Positions 51,083 through 61,267 of a stretch of 64,000 nt of DNA are shown here, piece after piece. Position numbers and translations under genes: made by a program. This DNA comes from an uncultured delta proteobacterium. Lineage in GTDB: Bacteria; Desulfobacterota; Syntrophia; Syntrophales; Smithellaceae. The stretch is from the NCBI GenBank assembly GCA_963753975.1, contig CAVWEH010000002.1, forward strand, positions 288,001 to 352,000, in the 5' to 3' direction. Numbering within the stretch: the stretch's first letter is position 1; each line of letters opens with the position of its first letter. Under the pieces are notes generated by a model. The model made no database searches, was not told the DNA's origin, and saw only the letters and a program-made list of their open reading frames with translations.

Positions 51083-52672
51083 TTAAGGCAGCTTTATTTT
51101 TTGACCGGATAATAACGGGTCACTACTCTTCATATTATTGAGTTTACATAATTCTTGGACAGTTACGGAATTATGTTTGGCCAAAGAAAAAAGGGTGTCT
51201 CCTTTTTTCACCTTATGAATTCTGGAAGGTTTTTTCCGATTACTATATTTGTTCTTTTGACCTGATGAGGTAGATTTATTATCTCCTGTTTTATTCGTCG
51301 GCACCAATATTTTCCGACCGACAAAAAGCTGATCTTGTAATTTTAAGTTATTGAGCTTCAAGAGAACGGCGACTTTTGTATTAAAATGCCGCGCCACAGA
51401 ATGAAGCGTATCACCATGTTTTATTTCGTAATAGGTTGTAGCTATCTCTTTATTATTTTTTACTTCTTTTTTTTCACCCGCCTCATTAATTTCATAGTTA
51501 TTTTTCAGGGCATCATTACCTTGACTAACGGAAGCAGTGCCGGATAAATACTCCTTCACTGAAGAGGCAACTGCTACTGCCAGTTTCTTCTGAAAATTGC
51601 GGTTTCTTAACAAATTTTCTTCGCGCGGATTTGATATGTAGGCCGTCTCGATTAAAACTGCCGGAATATCGGGCAACTTCAATACGTTAAAAGGAGCTTC
51701 CTGAACGCTTTTATATTTTAAACAATTAATTCTATTGAGATGATTTATTAAAGTATCGGCATAAGTTTTCGACAAATTAATTGTATTTGTTTGAAACATA
51801 TTTAATATGATCGGATTGTATTCATTTTTGCCTTCACTTCCAGGCACACCGCCGATTATATCCGACAAGTTTTCATTATTAGCTAAAAGTTTGGCGGCCT
51901 CATTGCTGGCACCGCTGGTGGATAGGCAATAGACTGTGCTGCCTTTGGCTTTACGGTTTCTGGCGGCATCGGCATGGACGCTGATAAACAGGCTGGCATC
52001 TAAATTCTTGGCTACCTGCAGCCTCTTGTTAAAAGAAACGTAATAGTCTCCTTCCCGGGTTAAAACTGCGCGGTACCCCGGCATTTTATTAATTTCTTTT
52101 TTAATTTCGCGGCTGATTGAAAGTACAATATTTTTTTCATAAACTCCCCTCTTGGCCACTGCACCCGGATCATCACCGCCATGCCCGGGATCAATTACAA
52201 TAATTTTTTTCTGCTTAAACATCGGGGTCTGCTCTTCGACAATTTCTTCTACGGGGGCTTCCCGCAAAAATATATCCACAACAATCCGGTCCGGCCTATC
52301 CTGAAACTTCTTGAGCTTAAAGACTTCCGCTTTCCGGTACTTATCCAGAATTAATTCAATTTTTACGCCGTTTTTATTAATATGATAAAAAACAAGTTTT
52401 TTAATTCCCGGCTTATTTAAGATAATTTCCTGCGGGATAGATTTATCTAAGGAGGCGTCCTTAAAATTCAAAACGAGCAGATTTTCACTTTCCCGGACAT
52501 CACAAACGGATTCGTTATCCACATCCAGAACAATTCGAGTATGATCAGGCGCAGTCCAATACCGAATATTGAGTATTTCTACGGACGCATAACAATTACT
52601 GTAGGTCAAAGCTGCTACTATAATAGTCAGGCAATAAATAATTTTCTTTAAAAGCGATTTTGCTTCATTCAT
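51083..52672 (-). CDS. N-acetylmuramoyl-L-alanine amidase (AMIN + Amidase_3 + 2 LysM)
   Basis: RIVLD, IDPGHGGDDPGA, SVHAD, LIETAYISN, two GDTL LysM repeats. Confidence 0.93.
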   Translation of the reverse strand: MNEAKSLLKKIIYCLTIIVAALTYSNCYASVEILNIRYWTAPDHTRIVLDVDNESVCDVRESENLLVLNFKDASLDKSIPQEIILNKPGIKKLVFYHINKNGVKIELILDKYRKAEVFKLKKFQDRPDRIVVDIFLREAPVEEIVEEQTPMFKQKKIIVIDPGHGGDDPGAVAKRGVYEKNIVLSISREIKKEINKMPGYRAVLTREGDYYVSFNKRLQVAKNLDASLFISVHADAARNRKAKGSTVYCLSTSGASNEAAKLLANNENLSDIIGGVPGSEGKNEYNPIILNMFQTNTINLSKTYADTLINHLNRINCLKYKSVQEAPFNVLKLPDIPAVLIETAYISNPREENLLRNRNFQKKLAVAVASSVKEYLSGTASVSQGNDALKNNYEINEAGEKKEVKNNKEIATTYYEIKHGDTLHSVARHFNTKVAVLLKLNNLKLQDQLFVGRKILVPTNKTGDNKSTSSGQKNKYSNRKKPSRIHKVKKGDTLFSLAKHNSVTVQELCKLNNMKSSDPLLSGQKIKLP

Positions 52673-52868
52673 TACGCTTTAAAATATCAAATTTATTCAA
52701 GAACTGCAACCGCTAGATAGAAAAGATATTGACAAGTACTTTATATAATGTCATTTTCCGAGGCGAAAATAAGAAGTATTTGACGAAAATCAGATATGTC
52801 TTTCCCGGGTTTAGATTTTTTTGAAAGGCTCCATCGTCACCGGAAAGACTAAATAACTGAGAATATCT

Positions 52869-54398
52869 ATGCAGGAGAATCGCTTTAAAGAGGCTTTATT
52901 GAATCCCCGCGTGTTCCCGGTCACCTGGGAGCTCGTGCCGGGAAGAGGTGCCCGAGAAGCAGCCCAGGAAAAGGCTCTGGCTTATGCCAAACAGGCAGCT
53001 CACGACGGGAATATCTCTGCCCTGACCGTTACAGACAATCCGGGGGGAACCCCAGCCATGTCTGCCGATTTCATGGGTGGCGAAATTCTGCAGTTGGGCA
53101 TCGAGCCCCTTGTCCATTTTACCGGTAAAGACAAGAATCGCAACCAAATCGAAAGCCAGCTTTATGCCCTGGATCGGGCAGGCGTCAGAAACCTTCTGGT
53201 CATGAGCGGCGATTACCCTGTATCCGGATACCTAGGTAGACCTGCGCCGGTCTTTGACCTTGATCCAATTCATGTCCTGCAACTGATAGAGGATATGAAC
53301 CGGGGGCTTGAGTATCAGGGAATCAAAGGCAATGTCCGTCACCAACCCAGTGATTTTTTCCCCGGAGCCGTCGTTTCTCCTTTCAAGGCAACTGAAGCAG
53401 AGCAGATGGCCCAGTATTACAAACTGAAAAAGAAGATCGCTGCCGGCGCCCAATTCATCGTTACTCAATTGGGATACGATGTCCGAAAATTTCATGAAGT
53501 GTTCCTCTTTATGAAGCAAAACCGTTTTGACATTCCGCTTATGGGAAACATTTACATCCTCCCATACAGTGCGGCGAAAATGATGAACCGCAACGAACTG
53601 CCCGGCAGCGTCGTCACGGATAAACTTCTGGCGGAACTGGATCGGGAGCGCAACGATCCCGATAAGGGAGCAGAAGCCAGGACCATGCGCGCCGCCCGAA
53701 TGTACGCGATACTGAAGGGAATGGGCTACAGCGGCGTTCATATCGGCGGACACAATATCAAATATGAACAGGTGAAAGAAATTATCCGGCAGGGAGAGGA
53801 ACTCACTTCCCGATGGACAAACTTAATCCGGCACTTCGATTATCCCCTTCCCGGCGGCTTTTATTACTTTGAGTATGATCAGAAAACAGGCCTAAATCGG
53901 GAGAAACTGACCCAACGGCAATTTCGGCCGCTCGATGCTCAAGTCGAATGTTCATACAGTTTTTCGCGGCTCTTCCATAAACTTCTGTTTGAGCCCGGAA
54001 AGAAACTTTACGGCGTTATGAGAGGACTGAGCGGCAGAGTGGCAGGAACAAAGATGGAGAACCTTTTTCACAAACTGGAACACTGGACCAAGGTCGTGCT
54101 TTTTGACTGCAAGGACTGTGGTGATTGCGCCCTCATCGATGTGGCCTACCTCTGCCCGATGTCACAATGCCCGAAGAACGAGCGCAACGGGGCCTGCGGC
54201 GGAAGCTTCGAGGGGTGGTGCGAAGTCTATCCCGGAAAGAAAAGGTGCATCTATGTGAGGGCCTATGCACGGCTGAAGAAACACGGGGAGGAAGATGAGT
54301 TAGATAAAGGTTCTATTCCGCCCTGCAACTGGGATCTTTATCAAACCTCATCCTGGATCAATTTTTATTTGGGAAAAGATCATACTTCAAAAAGGTAA
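52869..54398 (+). CDS. metF: Methylenetetrahydrofolate reductase fused to a C-terminal MetV-like Cys-rich domain
   Basis: VTDNPGG, H..KD.N, SGD, KKIAAGAQFIVTQ; C-terminal CKDCGDC, CPMSQCPKNERNGACGG..C. Confidence 0.82.
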   Translation: MQENRFKEALLNPRVFPVTWELVPGRGAREAAQEKALAYAKQAAHDGNISALTVTDNPGGTPAMSADFMGGEILQLGIEPLVHFTGKDKNRNQIESQLYALDRAGVRNLLVMSGDYPVSGYLGRPAPVFDLDPIHVLQLIEDMNRGLEYQGIKGNVRHQPSDFFPGAVVSPFKATEAEQMAQYYKLKKKIAAGAQFIVTQLGYDVRKFHEVFLFMKQNRFDIPLMGNIYILPYSAAKMMNRNELPGSVVTDKLLAELDRERNDPDKGAEARTMRAARMYAILKGMGYSGVHIGGHNIKYEQVKEIIRQGEELTSRWTNLIRHFDYPLPGGFYYFEYDQKTGLNREKLTQRQFRPLDAQVECSYSFSRLFHKLLFEPGKKLYGVMRGLSGRVAGTKMENLFHKLEHWTKVVLFDCKDCGDCALIDVAYLCPMSQCPKNERNGACGGSFEGWCEVYPGKKRCIYVRAYARLKKHGEEDELDKGSIPPCNWDLYQTSSWINFYLGKDHTSKR

Positions 54399-54469
54399 AG
54401 CAGTAGCTAAAGTTTTAGGCTAAATTTTGATATATGTTATACTAGAATCCGTTTTAAAAGTTTTTACAA

Positions 54470-54546
54470 GGGCGATTAGCTCAGTTGGATAGAGTGCTGG
54501 CCTCCGAAGCCAGATGCCGCGAGTTCGAATCTCGCATCGCCCACCA
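54470..54546 (+). tRNA. tRNA-Arg(CCG)
   Basis: GGGCGATTAGCTCAGTTGGATAGAGTGCTGGCCT-CCG-AAGCCAG...GTTCGAATC...CCA. Confidence 0.95.
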
Positions 54547-54581
54547 AAATCAAGTGCTTATTCTAAATAACGAGGCGTGGG

Positions 54582-55370
54582 TTGTCAGAATTACAAGCGG
54601 CTGTACTCGGATTGGTTCAAGGATTGGGAGAGTTTCTGCCCATATCCAGCTCGGCGCATCTGGTCATAATTCCCTGGCTTTTTAAATGGAATGATCCGGG
54701 ACTAACTTTCGATATTGCGCTCCATATCGGTACTCTTATTGCGGTGGCAATTTACTTCTGGAAAGACTGGCTGAGACTAGTCACAATGGGATTGACAGAT
54801 GTTCGCAGCACGGAGGGTCGATTGTTTTGGTATCTGGTTGCAGCCTCTATCCCGGGAGCAATAGCGGGGTTTCTGCTGGAGAAAAAAGCCGAGACCATAT
54901 TCAGAGAGCCTATTTTAATCGCGGCTATGCTGATCCTATTGGGCGTTCTTTTGTACTGGACAGACCGGAAAAGCGCCAAGAATATTGAGATGAACAATAT
55001 AACTTTCAGAACCACTCTTTTCATTGGCTTATCTCAAGCGCTGGCGATTATTCCCGGGGTTTCACGTTCGGGGATCACTATGACCATGGGATTGCTTATG
55101 GGTCTGACCAGAGAAGGGGCAGCCAAGTTTTCGTTCTTACTATCTGCTCCCATTATATTTGGCGCCGCTCTGGTCAAGCTGCCTTATCTTATATCAAATC
55201 CGTCTGCGATAACTATAAATTTTGTTATCGGTACCCTGGTCTCTTTCGTTACCGGCATCCTCAGTATTGGATTTTTACTTCGCTATGTTCAGACCAAGAA
55301 TTTTCTTCCTTTTGCCTGGTACAGATTTATATTGGGCTCTTTAGTCATCGTCATTGTCTTGATACGCTAA
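54582..55370 (+). CDS. uppP: Undecaprenyl-diphosphate phosphatase
   Basis: QGLGEFLPISSSAH, PGVSRSG, FSFLL. Confidence 0.95.
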   Translation: MSELQAAVLGLVQGLGEFLPISSSAHLVIIPWLFKWNDPGLTFDIALHIGTLIAVAIYFWKDWLRLVTMGLTDVRSTEGRLFWYLVAASIPGAIAGFLLEKKAETIFREPILIAAMLILLGVLLYWTDRKSAKNIEMNNITFRTTLFIGLSQALAIIPGVSRSGITMTMGLLMGLTREGAAKFSFLLSAPIIFGAALVKLPYLISNPSAITINFVIGTLVSFVTGILSIGFLLRYVQTKNFLPFAWYRFILGSLVIVIVLIR

Positions 55371-55595
55371 ATCACGGGTATGAACCCCAAAGCAAGCTGC
55401 GCAAGCTGCGGGATATTCCCTCCGCTTCGCGAGATTGTTATCGCCCCGCTAAGCTGCGCACGCGGGATAATTCAACTTACAGATATTACTGCACTGTGTT
55501 TGTGGAGCACCTCGGAAACGAGCCGGTGGCTATTTTCAAAGACACGACATCCTGTACGGGATAATATCTGAGTTTCATTAGAATTGGAGTTTCAC
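55370..55595 (+). repeat. Structured repeat family A, long copy
   Basis: AATCACGGGTATGAA start; last ~135 nt co-linear with 62897..63032, ending GAGTTTCATTAGAATTGGAGTTTCAC. Confidence 0.85.
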
Positions 55596-55603
55596 AATAA
55601 AAG

Positions 55604-55769
55604 TGTAGGTATAGTGGGGGAATCCTCACTTCAATCCCGCGACTTGGGATCCCACGGCTCCGGTAACCTAAAGGTCATCTGCGACCGGAGGAGGAATGCA
55701 CCGTAACTCGCAGGAGGTCGCGTTAGTACAGGGAGCCTTTGGCTCCTGCCGAAGGGGACTCCACCTACA
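55604..55769. ncRNA. Unrecognised structured element / putative ncRNA, copy 2
   Basis: Closed by TGTAGGT/ACCTACA; core homologous to 3665..3774; stems CGCGACTT/AGGTCGCG, ACGG/CCGT, CTCCGG/CCGGAG, GGAGCC/GGCTCC. Confidence 0.55.
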
Positions 55770-55959
55770 AATCAAAAGTTGCATACCTGTGGGATGAAGT
55801 ATTTGTATCTTCCCGTAATGTTGATTTTCTTATTTTCCCAAATTGCACAACATTTTAATCGGAAATAATCAAAAAACTACAGAACTCTGGCTTGACATGT
55901 GGTATAAGTATCAAAGGGTAGATAAGCGGCAAACATTAGCTATTCTGAAAGGATTAGTG

Positions 55960-58041
55960 ATGGACTTCGATGAAGGTTACCGACTGGCAACCGAACACTC
56001 TAACGAGGGTGTGATTATCGTTAGCAGAGATAAGCGCCTCTTTATCAATCAGAGATTAATAGAATTGGCCGGTTATCATACCGCTCAAGAGTTTGATAAA
56101 ATACCGTTTCTTTCCACCGTTCATCCGGACGACCGGAAAAAAGTTAAAGAGATAATAAGGAAGAGACAATCGGGAAAACCTGCTCCATCGCTCTATGAAT
56201 TTAGGTTCCTCAGACCTGATGGTTCCATTATCTATGTTGAGGTCTCAGCGTGCTCCATCACCTATATGGGACAACCGGCATCACTAGGGTATTTAAGAGA
56301 CATATCTGATCGTAAACAAATAGAGGAAAAATACCGCACTATACTGGAAGATATGGAAGAGGGATATTTTGAGGTTAACCTTGCCGGTAATTTTACCTTC
56401 GTTAATGACGCGGAGTGTAGGAATCTGGGATATTCCCGGGAAGAATTGATCGGGATGAACAATCGGCAATATACAGATAAAGAGAATGCAAAAAAAGCCT
56501 TTCAAGCGTTTAGCAATCTTTACAAGACAGGAGAATCATGTGAAATTTTTGATTATGAAGTTACCAGGAAAGATGGAGCCAAGGCAATTGCTGAACTGCT
56601 TGTATCTCTTGTAAAAGATTCGAAAGGAAAGCCCATTGGATTCCGTGGACTTTCACGTCAAATCACCGAGCGCAAGCGAGCGGAGGAGTCGCTGCGAGTG
56701 AGCGAAGAGAAGTATCGTTTGGTCGTAGAGAACGCAAAGGAAGGTATCATCATCGCCCAAGATCTTAATTTGGTCTTCGTCAATCGTGCTGCTCTAGACC
56801 TGATCGAATATTCCGGAGAGCTATTAGTCAAACCTTTCACAGACTTTATCCATCCCGATGATCGTAATATGGTCGTCGATCATCATATAAGAAGGCTGAA
56901 AGGTGAGGAAGTTCCCCTTGCTTACTCTTTTCGGCTTATCAGCCGAGATGGAACCGTAAAGTGGGTTGAATTTAATACGGCTGTTATTCAATGGAAGGAA
57001 AGACCCGCTACCCTGAGTTTTCTGAATGACATCACGGCCCGCAAGCAGGCCGAGGATAAACTGCGAGAGAGCGAGGAGAGGTACCGAACCATTATTGAAA
57101 ATATGCAGGAGGGGTATTTTGAACTTGACCTTGCCGGTAATTATACATTTGTTAATGATGCGGAGTGCAGAAATATGGGATATCCCCGAGAGGAATTGGT
57201 CGGAATGAACAACCGGCAGTATCAAGATGAAACAACCGCCCAAAAAACGTATCAACTCTTCAGCAGGCTCTACAGAACAGGTGAACCGGTTAAAGCATCA
57301 GATGTGGAAATTATCAGAAAAAACGGAACGAAAGGTTTTAACGAAATTTCGGTATCTCTTATCAGGAATAACGAAGGTAAACCAATCGGATTCCGCGGTA
57401 TTTCTCGGGATATTACCGAACGCAAGCGGGTTGAGGAAGAACGTAAGCAGAGCTTTGAGCGGATGAGAAAAGCTCTGAGAGCCACTGTCCAATCCATCTC
57501 CCTGGCCGTGGAAATGAAAGATCCCTATACTTCTGGTCATCAACGGCGGGTATCCGATCTGGCCTGGTCGATTGCCGCAGAAATGGGCTTATCGGCAGAC
57601 TGCCAAGACTTTATCCGCACCGCCTCCTCTATTCACGACATCGGCAAGATAGCCATTCCGACGGAAATACTTAGCAAGCCGACAAAACTGACTGATCTGG
57701 AATTAAGTTTGATTAAAACACACGCCCAGTCCGGATATGATATTCTAAAAGACATCGAATTTCCCTGGCCCGTAGCCGATGTCGTCCTTCAGCATCATGA
57801 ACGGATGGATGGATCCGGCTATCCTCAGGGACTTAAGGGAGATGATATTCTCCTGGAGGCCCGTATCATGGCTGTGGCTGATGTGGTGGAGGCCATTGCA
57901 TCTCACCGGCCCTATCGACCGGCACTGGGAATCGATCTTGCGCTGAAGGAGATTTCCGAGAATAAGGGCATCCTTTATGACGCAGATGCCGCGGATGCCT
58001 GCCTAAAATTATTTCGGGAGAAAAGCTATCGGCTTTTATAA
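55960..58041 (+). CDS. 4xPAS + HD-GYP phosphodiesterase
   Basis: Four PAS/PAC units, HDIGK, HHERMDGSGYP; start taken at ATG 55960. Confidence 0.92.
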   Translation: MDFDEGYRLATEHSNEGVIIVSRDKRLFINQRLIELAGYHTAQEFDKIPFLSTVHPDDRKKVKEIIRKRQSGKPAPSLYEFRFLRPDGSIIYVEVSACSITYMGQPASLGYLRDISDRKQIEEKYRTILEDMEEGYFEVNLAGNFTFVNDAECRNLGYSREELIGMNNRQYTDKENAKKAFQAFSNLYKTGESCEIFDYEVTRKDGAKAIAELLVSLVKDSKGKPIGFRGLSRQITERKRAEESLRVSEEKYRLVVENAKEGIIIAQDLNLVFVNRAALDLIEYSGELLVKPFTDFIHPDDRNMVVDHHIRRLKGEEVPLAYSFRLISRDGTVKWVEFNTAVIQWKERPATLSFLNDITARKQAEDKLRESEERYRTIIENMQEGYFELDLAGNYTFVNDAECRNMGYPREELVGMNNRQYQDETTAQKTYQLFSRLYRTGEPVKASDVEIIRKNGTKGFNEISVSLIRNNEGKPIGFRGISRDITERKRVEEERKQSFERMRKALRATVQSISLAVEMKDPYTSGHQRRVSDLAWSIAAEMGLSADCQDFIRTASSIHDIGKIAIPTEILSKPTKLTDLELSLIKTHAQSGYDILKDIEFPWPVADVVLQHHERMDGSGYPQGLKGDDILLEARIMAVADVVEAIASHRPYRPALGIDLALKEISENKGILYDADAADACLKLFREKSYRLL

Positions 58042-58225
58042 GATGCAGCTGCCAAGCCGATAGATAAAACCTAACTTAAGGACACTGAAGAGATTTTTAA
58101 TTGAGAACTTTAAAAGCAAAGATCAGGCAGAAATAAAATCACCAAACCCCACAGATAAAAAATGACGAGAATAAAAAAACAAATTTTTTTACGAAGCTTC
58201 GAGATGGGAAAGGAGAACACAAAAG

Positions 58226-59104
58226 ATGCCGGACATAGATGGAATCAAAGATGCTAAGATGTTTTATACCGATACACCGCAAAAGACAGAGGGGTTTTTC
58301 CTCAAAGGCTCGAGTTCCCTGGATTGGGGGATGAAAAACAGGCTGGCGCGGATATTTAATCCCGTCTCCGGCCGAACGGTTATGCTGGCTATCGATCACG
58401 GTTATTTCCAGGGACCCACCACCGGTCTGGAACGAGTCGATATCAATATCCTTCCTTTAGTGCCTTACGCGGATACTCTGATGCTGACACGGGGGATTCT
58501 CCGTAGCGTTATACCGCCTTCCGCATCTCCATCCATTGTGCTCAGAGTTACCGGAGGCGCCAGTATTCTCCAAGAGCTCTCCAATGAAGATATTGCCGTT
58601 GATATCGAAGAATCCATCCGTTTGAATGTTTGTGCCATGGCTGTTCAGGTTTTTATCGGGGGCGAGCACGAAAAGGAGTCGATCATCAACATGACCAGGA
58701 TGGTTGATCTCGGTACCCGTTACGGCATTCCTACTCTCGCCGTGACCGCGGTAGGCAAAAACATGGCCCGGGATGCAAAGTACTTCCGGCTGGCTTGCCG
58801 GATCTGTGCTGAGCTCGGTGCCCACTATATCAAAACTTACTATGTCGATAAAGGTTTCGAGACCATCACTGCATCCTGCCCCGTGCCAATCGTAATGGCC
58901 GGCGGCAAAAAAATACCCGAACTGGACGCCCTGACTATGGCCTCTAACGCGGTTAAGAAAGGCGCCGCCGGTGTCGATATGGGGCGCAACATTTTCCAGT
59001 CGGAAGCACCGGTTGCCATGATTAAAGCGGTGCGGGCTGTCGTCCATGACAATGAGACTCCCAAAAAAGCTTTTGATCTCTACAATACATTAAAGAATAA
59101 ATGA
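58226..59104 (+). CDS. lsrF: LsrF-like class I aldolase/thiolase
   Basis: [50 protein letters not shown]. Confidence 0.8.
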   Translation: MPDIDGIKDAKMFYTDTPQKTEGFFLKGSSSLDWGMKNRLARIFNPVSGRTVMLAIDHGYFQGPTTGLERVDINILPLVPYADTLMLTRGILRSVIPPSASPSIVLRVTGGASILQELSNEDIAVDIEESIRLNVCAMAVQVFIGGEHEKESIINMTRMVDLGTRYGIPTLAVTAVGKNMARDAKYFRLACRICAELGAHYIKTYYVDKGFETITASCPVPIVMAGGKKIPELDALTMASNAVKKGAAGVDMGRNIFQSEAPVAMIKAVRAVVHDNETPKKAFDLYNTLKNK

Positions 59105-60231
59105 AAGTTGCCTACTGGTACAACAACAAAGACATCCGGATCGAAGAAGTGCCGACTCCAAAACCCGGCCCCAAGGAGATGCTGGTCAAGGTTATTTCCT
59201 GCGGCATCTGCGGCAGCGATATTGTAGAATGGTACCGGCTCCCGCGGGCGCCGCTGGTGCAGGGGCATGAAATAGGAGCACAGGTTATCGCCCTCGGCGA
59301 TTCTGTAAATAAATATAAATTGGGTGACAGGGTATTTATCGCTCCTAAAGTGCCATGTCTGAAATGCTTTTATTGCGGAAATGGTCACTATCCTCAATGC
59401 TCTGAAATTAAAGAAAGGCTACCCGGTGGTTTTGCCGAATATATCCTGGTTCCCGAGATTCTTGTAGAGCGCGGAACATATCTACTGCCTGAAAATATTA
59501 GCTACGATCAGAGTACCTTCATTGAACCCCTGGCCTGCGTTGTCAGGGCTCAGCGGCTGGCCGGAGTTCACCCTGTTAGAGACAACGAGTGCTTCGCGAA
59601 TCCAGATGGCGGCATTAGACCAACGCAATCTGAAACTTCCAGATCAAACCTTCGGCAGGAGTCGGGGGCTTTCTCTAACGGGGTGAAAAAGGGGCAGGCT
59701 GTGATGGTCATTGGCTGCGGCATGTCCGGGCTGCTCCATATAAAGCTGGCAAAGGCTGCGGGATGTAAAGTAATCGCCGCCGACATTAATAAAGTGAAAC
59801 TGGAATTTGCCCTACGCATGGGGGCCGACGTCATCATCGATGCGGTGAATAATGTTCAGGAGCGACTGGTTCTCGAAAATGGCAAAAAAGCCGACGTCGT
59901 AATTTTATGCGCTTCGGTTGATTCCGCAGTGAAGCAGGCATGGGGATGCGTAGATAAAGGCGGCGTGATTGTACTCTTCGCTGTCCCCGGACCGGACAAG
60001 AAGATTGTCGTTCCGATCAATGATTTCTGGATGAAGGAAATCACCATCATCACTTCTTATTATTGCGGGCCTCCCGATATCGCTCACGCAATGAAGCTGA
60101 TCGAATCGGGCGAAATCGTAGTGGATGATCTGATCACGCACAGGCTTCCCTTAACCGATATCGTTTACGGTTTTCAGTTGGTATCAGACGGCCGGGAATC
60201 AATCAAAGTAATCATTAAACCCAATCAATGA
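59101..60231 (+). CDS. Zinc-dependent alcohol/polyol dehydrogenase carrying a 39-aa in-frame MITE insertion
   Basis: CGICGSD, GHE, CLKCFYC..C, EPLAC, GCGMSG. Confidence 0.9.
   Translation: MKVAYWYNNKDIRIEEVPTPKPGPKEMLVKVISCGICGSDIVEWYRLPRAPLVQGHEIGAQVIALGDSVNKYKLGDRVFIAPKVPCLKCFYCGNGHYPQCSEIKERLPGGFAEYILVPEILVERGTYLLPENISYDQSTFIEPLACVVRAQRLAGVHPVRDNECFANPDGGIRPTQSETSRSNLRQESGAFSNGVKKGQAVMVIGCGMSGLLHIKLAKAAGCKVIAADINKVKLEFALRMGADVIIDAVNNVQERLVLENGKKADVVILCASVDSAVKQAWGCVDKGGVIVLFAVPGPDKKIVVPINDFWMKEITIITSYYCGPPDIAHAMKLIESGEIVVDDLITHRLPLTDIVYGFQLVSDGRESIKVIIKPNQ
59567..59687. mobile_element. MITE-like element (family B) inserted in frame in the Zn-ADH gene
   Basis: TTCACCCTGTTAGAGA ... TCTCTAACGGGGTGAA (15/16 inverted); 117-nt net insertion. 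Confidence 0.85.
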
Positions 60232-60357
60232 ACAAAGAAACTATAAAAGTCGCGAAGCCGGATTACTGACCGGGCTTGCGGGGCTGCAAAGATTAAAAAA
60301 CATAATCCTTGATTTCTTATCGAGTCTGGTATAGGAAGCACAATCACAAATTTATTG

Positions 60358-60410
60358 AGACTCCCCTTGCCTGTGGCCGTGACCATGGGCTTTAGAGCCG
60401 AAAGGAGGAA
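60358..60410 (+). promoter_or_regulatory. Putative S6:S18 ribosomal protein leader RNA
   Basis: CTCCCCTTGCC...GGCTTTAGAGCC..AAGGAGG: 5' CTCC/CCTT can pair with the rpsF SD; position matches the known S6:S18 motif. Confidence 0.6.
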
Positions 60411-60413
60411 TTT

Positions 60414-60899
60414 TTGAAACGATACGAAGTTACAGCTATAGTTAAATCCGATTTACCCGATGACGATATCACCGCCCTGATCGACCGCATTCAGAAAATC
60501 ATTACCAAGCGTAAAGGTCTGATTGTTAAAATTGACAAATGGGGCAAAAGACGCCTCGCTTATGAGATCAACAAACAAAAGGACGGTTATTATTTTCTTA
60601 TCGACCTTGTTGGTGACGGTTCCATTATCGATGAAATTGAAAGAAACTATAAAATTGACGACCGCATTTTGAAATTCATTACAATAAAAAAAGAAGGTGC
60701 CGTAACTCGCGAAGGCATCGACCAGGAAATCGTAGCGGCAGAAGCAAAACGGGCTCAAGCCCGCATAGAAACCGATTCTACCGGTTCCTCTGTTGAAGAA
60801 AAAGTTATCCGTCAGATAGAAAAAGCTTCCGCCGATACAAAAGATATAAAACCACGCAGACCTTCTCCCAAAAAATCTGTTAAAAAAGACGAAAAATAA
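60414..60899 (+). CDS. rpsF: 30S ribosomal protein S6
   Basis: RYE, WGKRRLAYEI, GYY; charged C-terminal tail. Confidence 0.96.
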   Translation: MKRYEVTAIVKSDLPDDDITALIDRIQKIITKRKGLIVKIDKWGKRRLAYEINKQKDGYYFLIDLVGDGSIIDEIERNYKIDDRILKFITIKKEGAVTREGIDQEIVAAEAKRAQARIETDSTGSSVEEKVIRQIEKASADTKDIKPRRPSPKKSVKKDEK

Positions 60900-60917
60900 A
60901 AAAAAGAGGAATAAGCA

Positions 60918-61187
60918 ATGGAAACAACCAACGGAGACAGACCGGTTCGACATCCCCAAAAAAAATTTTTCCATCGAAAGAAGTTTTGCCGTTTTTGCAC
61001 GGATTCGAACTTAAAAATTGATTACAAATATCCCGCCATTCTCAATAGTTTCGTAACCGAGAGAGGCAAGATTATGCCCCGTAGAATTACCGGTAATTGT
61101 TCCAGGCACCAAAGGGAGTTGGCTGTCGCGATTAAACGCGCCCGCGCTATTGCGATTATGCCTTTTGTCACCGCCGAAGGAAGATAA
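60918..61187 (+). CDS. rpsR: 30S ribosomal protein S18
   Basis: [28 protein letters not shown]. Confidence 0.97.
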   Translation: METTNGDRPVRHPQKKFFHRKKFCRFCTDSNLKIDYKYPAILNSFVTERGKIMPRRITGNCSRHQRELAVAIKRARAIAIMPFVTAEGR

Positions 61188-61208
61188 AAGAAATTTACAG
61201 ATTAAGCT

Positions 61209-61248
61209 GTCGGCCTTTTCCGGCAACGAAAAAGGCCGGCTAACTTTT
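61209..61248 (+). terminator. Putative terminator hairpin after rpsR
   Basis: GTCGGCCTTTT/AAAAGGCCGGC stem followed by a T-rich tail. Confidence 0.5.
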
Positions 61249-61267
61249 AATTTTCTAAGCAGTCACA

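Noticed and set aside
55380..55571. 63-aa ORF ending HPVRDNI, echoing the HPVRDN of the ADH insertion
   Set aside because: Lies wholly within repeat A, the frame is not kept in the 62.7 kb copy, the DNA match is only 12/18, and the family-B TIR is absent
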